IMG/VR virus record: IMGVR_UViG_3300044724_001247
Span: 1-61,935 of that record
Reading direction: 5' to 3' (one strand)
Source of the DNA: a virus
Taxonomy: Duplodnaviria; Caudoviricetes
Length of the DNA: 61,935 bases
The notes beneath the pieces are model-generated. The model was not told where the DNA came from. It searched no databases and worked only from the letters and a program-made list of their open reading frames with translations. Below are positions 55,691 to 61,935 of this stretch, in pieces. Numbering within the stretch: the first letter of the stretch is position 1; each line of letters begins with the position of its first letter. The translations under genes were made by a program, and so were the position numbers.

Positions 55691-56881
55691 CTATCGTCCT
55701 AATCTTTTCAGTAGGGCTTTGACAGATCGAAGATCCTTGGAGACCACCTTCTGAAACTTCTCTTTGTCAGCGGGTCGTTTCAGGGTGTTGAACATATTGG
55801 TCAGTTTCTTGGCATCCGCTTGAGACAGTTTACCTTTCTTACCATCCTTGAATTCAATATCAGATCCCTTTTCTAGATCCGCGGCTTTTCGTATTTGCAT
55901 AACGACATTCTTATCAGCCGCCTTACGGTCATCATCAGTCGCGTCATTATCTACATCGGCAGGGTCAACCTTTCGTTCTTTCATTGTTGGTTTTTCGTGG
56001 GTGTAACCCATCTTGTCCATACGAACATGGTCAGCATACTTATTTGCCTTGTAACCTTTGCCCGTCTTCGGGTCATACATCATGTGTGGTTTGAAGTCAT
56101 CCTCATCAGCACATTCGTTCTTAGGTTTCTCACCTCTCTCTTTCTTAGAGATTGCGATTGCCGCCTGTTGTGCTGGAGAGACTGCTTCTTTCACCAATAG
56201 TTTAGCATCAACAGACTTATCATTATTACCACCAAAGTTTACTTTGACATCACCATCACCGTAGTCCTTCACAACCTTGCCAGACTTCCTTATTGCGTCT
56301 CCATAACTTCTAGCAGTCTTTGGGTCGATGCCTTTCTTGAACTTGACCTTATCCCCAACCTTGAGACCTTCATCGACAGATTCAACTTGAGTGTCGATGT
56401 AGTCTGCCATACCGTCAAGTTTATCAACCGCAACAGCAACTTTATTTGTCCACCACGTTGGTAGAGAGTCTTGGTCACCTAATTTACCAAGTTCTGTATT
56501 CATCTTTTGAAGTGCAGACATAGCAGTCTTGATTTTATTCTTCATAGACTCTACATCATTATGGCCGTCTTCTTTCATTTCTTGTGCGGGAGAGACGGCC
56601 TCTTGCATCAAACGACCATTCTTGAACATACCATGTTTCTGTAGAATCTGCAACACACCATCACGAGGATCAGTGTCCATACCACCGATAAACTTCTTCA
56701 TCGCCGTGAATGCTTTGTTCTGTACCATAGTAGATGAGTTCTTACCGATCTCACGCACATATGCGGCAACCTTCTGGAAAGACTCCTTATCGATACCACC
56801 AGACTTCTTGGCGTAATCTTCCAGAGCTTTGGCTGTCTTCATGAAGTCAATCGCTTCAGTGATTTGTGATAAATTTTTCAT
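55691..56881 (-). CDS. Modular putative internal head protein
   Basis: MKNLSQITEA; EAVSPAQ twice; LPTWWTNKVAVA and KVGDKVK modules. Confidence 0.7.
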   Translation of the reverse strand: MKNLSQITEAIDFMKTAKALEDYAKKSGGIDKESFQKVAAYVREIGKNSSTMVQNKAFTAMKKFIGGMDTDPRDGVLQILQKHGMFKNGRLMQEAVSPAQEMKEDGHNDVESMKNKIKTAMSALQKMNTELGKLGDQDSLPTWWTNKVAVAVDKLDGMADYIDTQVESVDEGLKVGDKVKFKKGIDPKTARSYGDAIRKSGKVVKDYGDGDVKVNFGGNNDKSVDAKLLVKEAVSPAQQAAIAISKKERGEKPKNECADEDDFKPHMMYDPKTGKGYKANKYADHVRMDKMGYTHEKPTMKERKVDPADVDNDATDDDRKAADKNVVMQIRKAADLEKGSDIEFKDGKKGKLSQADAKKLTNMFNTLKRPADKEKFQKVVSKDLRSVKALLKRLGR

Positions 56882-56889
56882 CCTAAGTC

Positions 56890-57186
56890 CTAAGTGATGT
56901 ATGCGTTTAGTTCGTATCGTTTATTATCAAGGTTTGTGACCTGTACGGCAAGCATCTTGCGTTTCTCACCATCTAACTTGAGAGTAAAACTATTGGTCTT
57001 ACCATTGGACGGTTTCTTAGGCCCCATTGCCACTTTACTATCAATATCGTCCGTGTCTACCTCAAACCCTTTCTTCTTTGCGAATGCGTATGCAGCACTC
57101 ATTGCACCGGAATAGGTCTTGTGATACAGAGGGTAATCATTCTTTCCCTCTTTGAGTTCTGTGACTATGTCCCAGTATGATTTCAT
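56890..57186 (-). CDS. Hypothetical protein (putative internal head protein)
   Basis: MKSYWDIVTELKE; YELNAYI. Confidence 0.72.
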   Translation of the reverse strand: MKSYWDIVTELKEGKNDYPLYHKTYSGAMSAAYAFAKKKGFEVDTDDIDSKVAMGPKKPSNGKTNSFTLKLDGEKRKMLAVQVTNLDNKRYELNAYIT

Positions 57187-57401
57187 GCGAGATCCTTATC
57201 GTGGTTCAGACCACCTTTTTTCTTTTTGACTATGAAGGCATTGACACGGGCATAACCCCACTGTTGAGGGGTAGTGCCTGGCCTATGACCAGTCTTCCAT
57301 GCAGCAACACCACGGTTATAAACTTTCTTCAGAGTACCATAAGAGATACCAGACTTATCTGCTTTCTTTTTCAGGGCATCATCTGCTTCGTATAACTTCA
57401 T
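57183..57401 (-). CDS. Small basic protein (DUF5824-like)
   Basis: LKKVYNRGVAAWKTGHRPG..QQWGYARVN. Confidence 0.78.
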   Translation of the reverse strand: MKLYEADDALKKKADKSGISYGTLKKVYNRGVAAWKTGHRPGTTPQQWGYARVNAFIVKKKKGGLNHDKDLA

Positions 57402-59029
57402 TTGGTTTCTCTATTTTTTGTTTTTGCTCGGGCCAATCGCGCACGATCTAGAATGCGATCATGCTTCGCTTTGTCTTGTTCTTTCTCGCGAGCGATTGCA
57501 TCTCGTGCTTGTTGCACAGCATCTTCTTTGGTCTCGACCTTCGGCCCACGCCAGTCAAGATGCTTGGGTAACGCACCCTTGTCCAAGAGTTTGAAGAATA
57601 CGTTCTGAGTCTTCTTCGGAGGAAGACCGTACATTCGGGCAGTCTTGGTCAATAGTGCTTGTCCCTGATTAGGATTCTTGCGTCTAGCATCTAGGTACTT
57701 GCGGATCACCTTTTTGTACATAGAACCATTGACTAGTTTGTCTAGTATATCACCAAAGACGGGATTGTCAAAGTTGATATACGTCATTCTTTCTTCTAGA
57801 GGAGTATCTTTCTTGTACTTCTTCAGTAACTTATCCGTACCCTCTTCGCCAGCATTCTCTCCATACATGTCTTTGAATGCTTTGGTGTACTTGGACGGTT
57901 TGGTCTTAGCACCCTTATCGCCAGGAGCAGGCTTGTATGCAGAGTCATCATCGTCTGCCTTCTTGCCATGTTTCTTGAAATGTGCGTCTCTCTTGTCCTT
58001 GGTTCCTTTCTTCAGACCCGCATAGTACTTCTTGGGTTGCGTTCCTTCCTTGTCCTTGATATCGGGATCTTGAACCGCAGCTTTCTCTGCAACTCGTTTA
58101 GCAGTAGCAGTCGCGATGGCCATCTTCTTGTCCATCGGCATGTCGGGGTTCTCGCGTTCCATTGCCTTCGCAATCTCTTCGCGTTTCTTGATCTCAGCGG
58201 GGGTCAACTTCTTCTCGACCAGTTCTACCGCATCCAACCACTTACGCATCTTACGATCACCGGACTCTACGATAACGTAGTTTGCGCCCAGATGAGATAC
58301 AATACCGACCTCTTCGCTTTCTTTGATAACAACAGTATCACCCAACTCAAAGAGTTCACCCTTGACAAACTGTTCTCTTGTTTCGGAAACAGTAGGCATT
58401 TCAATGTGACGCTTGAACGAGGTCTCTTCCTTGAGACCCATACCCTTACGCACATCGTTGAACAACCTACGAGTGTCCTTGTCGGACATACCTTTGGGAA
58501 CACCCTGAGTAAATGATTGGTAATCGTTCTCTTTGGCATTGGCACGTTGCTTGGATGCAGACATACCCTCAACACCTTCCGCATCAGGATCTCTGCGACC
58601 AGCCGAGACGATGTTGATCGACTCAAAATTATAGAACCCGTGGCGTGCTTTCTTACCGTTGTATTTGTTCAGTAGGACTTCAAACTCACGTAGACGGTCT
58701 TCCCCGACCACCATAGTGATTCGTTTGTATCCTTGATCGTATAACTTGGCAGCGATATCAAATACATTCTTGACACCCTTATCAACCATGATGTTGCGAC
58801 CATACTTGGGGAACATCTTGCGTAGGTGTTTGACCTTGTCGGAGTATGAGAGAGGATCTTTAGGCCCAACAGACTGAGACACATAGACCTTCCAGTCAGC
58901 GCCACCAGCCTTCTTTGCGATAGTCTCTAATACTTTCCCATGACCGATAGTAGGCGGATTCATTCTACCGAAAGTAAAATAAACCTCTTTAGCCTCTTCG
59001 ACCAGATAGGATTTGAAATTCTTAATCAC
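57398..59029 (-). CDS. Cytidylyltransferase-like (HxGH) nucleotidyltransferase with charged C-terminal modules
   Basis: TFGRMNPPTIGH, VVGEDR, SAGRRDPD, MSASK; GTG start at 59029 after GAGGTG. Confidence 0.85.
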   Translation of the reverse strand: MIKNFKSYLVEEAKEVYFTFGRMNPPTIGHGKVLETIAKKAGGADWKVYVSQSVGPKDPLSYSDKVKHLRKMFPKYGRNIMVDKGVKNVFDIAAKLYDQGYKRITMVVGEDRLREFEVLLNKYNGKKARHGFYNFESINIVSAGRRDPDAEGVEGMSASKQRANAKENDYQSFTQGVPKGMSDKDTRRLFNDVRKGMGLKEETSFKRHIEMPTVSETREQFVKGELFELGDTVVIKESEEVGIVSHLGANYVIVESGDRKMRKWLDAVELVEKKLTPAEIKKREEIAKAMERENPDMPMDKKMAIATATAKRVAEKAAVQDPDIKDKEGTQPKKYYAGLKKGTKDKRDAHFKKHGKKADDDDSAYKPAPGDKGAKTKPSKYTKAFKDMYGENAGEEGTDKLLKKYKKDTPLEERMTYINFDNPVFGDILDKLVNGSMYKKVIRKYLDARRKNPNQGQALLTKTARMYGLPPKKTQNVFFKLLDKGALPKHLDWRGPKVETKEDAVQQARDAIAREKEQDKAKHDRILDRARLARAKTKNRETK

Positions 59030-59504
59030 TCTTTTGATCACCTCGTTTCTTTTCAAGTTCACCCTTACGAACTTGAGGAAGCAACTTCCGTGCAAGTTTG
59101 TCGATCTTGGGTTTCATCTTATCTAGACGCTTCTCAATGCCCTGTCTACGACTTAAAGATAACTCGTCCTTGGGTACGTCTTTGGTGATCTTATTGAGGA
59201 ACTGATTACGTGCTTGCTTCTGTGCACGTTTCTTTAGAGTGTCTATATTGGCAACTTTACGGGCCGCACGCTTGCGTCCCATTGCAATCTTTGCTTTGTT
59301 CTTTTTAAGAGAACGAGACAACTTCATACGTTGTTGTACGTTGAGTGCTTCTTTGGGATTCGGGGGATTCGTTGATGCATACTCAGCATCACTTCCCGCA
59401 CCGATATCTCGCTTGCGCTTCTTTGCGTTATACGCTTGTTGTGGATCGCCCGTCTGGGTGTAATCCACATTCAGGAATGTCTTTAGGCTCATTGGTTTAG
59501 CCAT
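59022..59504 (-). CDS. Very basic conserved hypothetical protein
   Basis: EALNVQQR..KRAQKQARN..LLPQVRK. Confidence 0.75.
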   Translation of the reverse strand: MAKPMSLKTFLNVDYTQTGDPQQAYNAKKRKRDIGAGSDAEYASTNPPNPKEALNVQQRMKLSRSLKKNKAKIAMGRKRAARKVANIDTLKKRAQKQARNQFLNKITKDVPKDELSLSRRQGIEKRLDKMKPKIDKLARKLLPQVRKGELEKKRGDQKSD

Positions 59505-59506
59505 GT

Positions 59507-60727
59507 TTACCTCTTCGGTTTATCCCATCCCTTCAGTATATCAGGACTGAAGTTATTGTACGAAAATTCTAGACGGTCAACCAACTTGACCGCATCACCA
59601 CCTAATTTGTCAATAGCAACAAATCCTTCTGCACCCGTTCTAACCTTATAACCTTTCTTAGTCTGAACAAAGGTGTCATATGAAGATATGCTATTAAGTT
59701 TATTTATAAGTTTTAACTTCGCAAGAACAATACTTTTTTGTAAATCAAACATTTGAACCAGATTAGTTTTGTTCTTCGGAGAGAAGAACTTCATGAGTGC
59801 ATCCAGTTTGTCCTGCTGGGTCTTCTTACCCGCTGCGGTACTTCTCTTATCCATCTCTTTCTGAAACTTATCGTTCAACCACTTGAGCAATCCAGTCACG
59901 TGTTTTCGACTGTCAGGGATAACCGTCTGAGCCCGTACAAATGTATTATTATATTGTTCGATCAGTTTGGCAAGTTCATCGTTTCTTTCCAACTCACGTA
60001 GTGTCGTACCGGAGATCTTATTGAAGATCTTACCCGCATCGGACAGATGCTTCGTCACTTCGGCAGTCTCTTTCTTATTCATGGTCGCACCAGACACATC
60101 ACGCAACATGGCGTCTTGTGACCAGACGTTTGCGGAGTTCTTGAACTTGGATACGTCCACACCGTAGGATGCTTTCAATGACTCAAACGAATTACCCGTG
60201 TAGGTGGTGTGCCATACGATACCGATCTTGGCCTTACGCAGTGCATCCGCCTGATCGTAGGGTACAGCATAGATAATCGTGTTAGGGTGGAAGGTCACAT
60301 ACTTCTGACCCTCAATAGTCTCGGTGCTGAGATCTGGTTTTGAGAACAAGAAGTCACCCTGAATTATACCCTTTATACCAAGTTCTGGCAAGTGTTTTAA
60401 TGCGAGTTTCATCTTATCAGCAAGGTCACCAGACATGTCACCATCAATCTCTGCCGCAGTCTTATAGACCTTGGGATTCTTGGCGAACACACCCTTCTTC
60501 GCAACAAAGAACTCACCATCGGTAGGATCTTGACCGCAGAAGATTGCGGGAGCACCATCCCACTTGGTAGATAGTTTAGAACTCGTCTGACCCGCCAACA
60601 TATCACGCAACTCACGTAACGCATTGATGGCCTGTCGCGTACCACTCACACCACCATAGAGAACCTTGTCCTCAATATGAGTCATGTGAGTGTTCTTTTG
60701 TTCTGTTATGAAATCGGTGAAGTTCAT
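59507..60727 (-). CDS. DUF6267-like protein with RNA/DNA-ligase-type nucleotidyltransferase motifs
   Basis: KWDG (I), QGDF (III), EGFV (IV), VKLV (V); N-terminal MNFTDFITE. Confidence 0.72.
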   Translation of the reverse strand: MNFTDFITEQKNTHMTHIEDKVLYGGVSGTRQAINALRELRDMLAGQTSSKLSTKWDGAPAIFCGQDPTDGEFFVAKKGVFAKNPKVYKTAAEIDGDMSGDLADKMKLALKHLPELGIKGIIQGDFLFSKPDLSTETIEGQKYVTFHPNTIIYAVPYDQADALRKAKIGIVWHTTYTGNSFESLKASYGVDVSKFKNSANVWSQDAMLRDVSGATMNKKETAEVTKHLSDAGKIFNKISGTTLRELERNDELAKLIEQYNNTFVRAQTVIPDSRKHVTGLLKWLNDKFQKEMDKRSTAAGKKTQQDKLDALMKFFSPKNKTNLVQMFDLQKSIVLAKLKLINKLNSISSYDTFVQTKKGYKVRTGAEGFVAIDKLGGDAVKLVDRLEFSYNNFSPDILKGWDKPKR

Positions 60728-61800
60728 TAGAATTTTATCTTATTTCGGAATGACGGGTCTGGTTCTGCCCCAAGAAATGACTTTAGTTTGTCAACACCTT
60801 TTTTATAGAATGCTGTAACCTTACTCCAAGTCTTGGACATCCACCCACGAATAGTTTTTAGCAGTTTTAATTCCTGTAACTCTATACTCTCACTGAGTTC
60901 CTCAGAGTCTTGCATAGAGTCTACAATAAGAGATATAACTGACCAGTAGTTGTACTCACCAGTCTTAACCTTTTTAATTTTACGAGAGGATGTCTTGAAT
61001 CTTGCCTGTAGTTTCATTGCATTTGCAATCTTCAAACAGTAGGCATCATCATCTACCGAGTGTATTTTAACTGTACCACCATCGGCCGTGGCAACTAACA
61101 TAAACTCAGCGGCAGCGTTTGAGGTTCTTCCAAACTTCTCGTATCCAGACATCGCCTCTCGTGCAAACTCAACCTTGAATGATTTAGATTCGTTGAACAG
61201 TTTACCCAACTCTTCCATACAGTCTTTATGTGCTTTCTCTGCCTTGTTTACTACAGGGTCAGTACCAGACTTAATCAAGGGTCTTAATTGAGATGGTGCG
61301 AGAGTGTTTTTTACAAATCCTTCTAGGACATCAACAGTTGCTTTGTACTGTGAGGACTTCTTGAGTTCGGGGTTGGAATTCTTGGTTGCGGCCTCGAAGG
61401 TTGCAGTCGATTCTGCTTTACCACCGGACATCAACTGTGCAATACCAATCTTAACAGAGAATCGCATATCACCAATCAAAACATCTGTCTTGGGTGTAAT
61501 GTCAGACGCACCATGAGATTTCCAGAAATTAGTCAGTGTCGCCTTTGCACGACCATACTGTTCTGCTTCTTTGTTCTTCAATGCGGGGTATTGTTTTAAT
61601 ACCGACTCAGCGATCTTGCGACCCGCCTCCAATGCTTTAGGATTATCCCTAATAATATTGAATACTTTATCAGAGATACCGTACTTTAGAGGATTATCAG
61701 TAATGGGTCTATCAGTAAGTTCGTAGAATCCCATCACGATAGATGCTTCATAATCCTCTGCTTTTAATCCCTCAGATAGAAAGGTATTAAACTTCTGCAT
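60727..61800 (-). CDS. Hypothetical protein, possible PD-(D/E)xK nuclease-like fold
   Basis: TPKTDVL..FSVK motif; N-terminal MQKFNTFLSE. Confidence 0.6.
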   Translation of the reverse strand: MQKFNTFLSEGLKAEDYEASIVMGFYELTDRPITDNPLKYGISDKVFNIIRDNPKALEAGRKIAESVLKQYPALKNKEAEQYGRAKATLTNFWKSHGASDITPKTDVLIGDMRFSVKIGIAQLMSGGKAESTATFEAATKNSNPELKKSSQYKATVDVLEGFVKNTLAPSQLRPLIKSGTDPVVNKAEKAHKDCMEELGKLFNESKSFKVEFAREAMSGYEKFGRTSNAAAEFMLVATADGGTVKIHSVDDDAYCLKIANAMKLQARFKTSSRKIKKVKTGEYNYWSVISLIVDSMQDSEELSESIELQELKLLKTIRGWMSKTWSKVTAFYKKGVDKLKSFLGAEPDPSFRNKIKF

Positions 61801-61841
61801 TATTCGATTATTCCCATTGTTACAAAAGTGTATTATACCAC

Positions 61842-61849
61842 TATTTATA
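61842..61849 (-). promoter_or_regulatory. Late promoter TATAAATA
   Basis: Exact consensus upstream of 61800. Confidence 0.8.
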
Positions 61850-61934
61850 ACAAAATGGAAGTCGAATTTTGTTCCTCGTTGTATTTTTCTATGGTATTTC
61901 GCAAAGTATTCACCCAGTTGTCACGGTGCTCAAT
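61845..61934 (-). CDS. 3' end of a gene cut by the window edge (possibly a phage exonuclease)
   Basis: Open frame IEHRDNWVNTLRNTIEKYNEEQ... to TAA. Confidence 0.4.
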   Translation of the reverse strand: MEHRDNWVNTLRNTIEKYNEEQNSTSILL

Positions 61935-61935
61935 G

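Noticed and set aside
1-61935. tRNA, rRNA, riboswitch or alternative genetic code
   Set aside because: Intergenic gaps are short with no cloverleaf recognised; conserved genes read through intact with the standard code and use all three stops

Overview
A 62-kb segment of a T4-like myophage (Tevenvirinae-related), probably marine and infecting a Gram-negative host; there are spanins and consensus sigma70 early promoters. From left to right it holds: a baseplate/tail module (gp25, a gp5 split over several genes, a gp27-like hub, gp53, gp48, gp4, gp2, gp54, gp26/gp51, tape measure); gp32 and gp33; early small-gene cassettes behind a repeated promoter-leader element; a late operon with a paralog pair and a P-loop kinase; a ~19-kb glycan synthesis/modification island; M15 peptidase and phoH; a second early cluster; an adenylation/SGNH trio; an EndoII-like nuclease; nrdB and nrdA-glutaredoxin; spanins; and a long late cluster of probable head-packaged proteins with ligase-like, nucleotidyltransferase-like and nuclease-like members. 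The most notable signals are a -1 slippery site joining gp26 to gp51, seven late promoters exactly 5 nt upstream of an ATG (predicted leaderless mRNAs), a baseplate hub with one intact amidase and two apparently dead peptidoglycan-hydrolase folds, and a candidate capsid-packaged enzyme payload. All family calls come from motif recognition and synteny by eye, not from database searches. No tRNA, rRNA, CRISPR array, intron or IS element was recognised.
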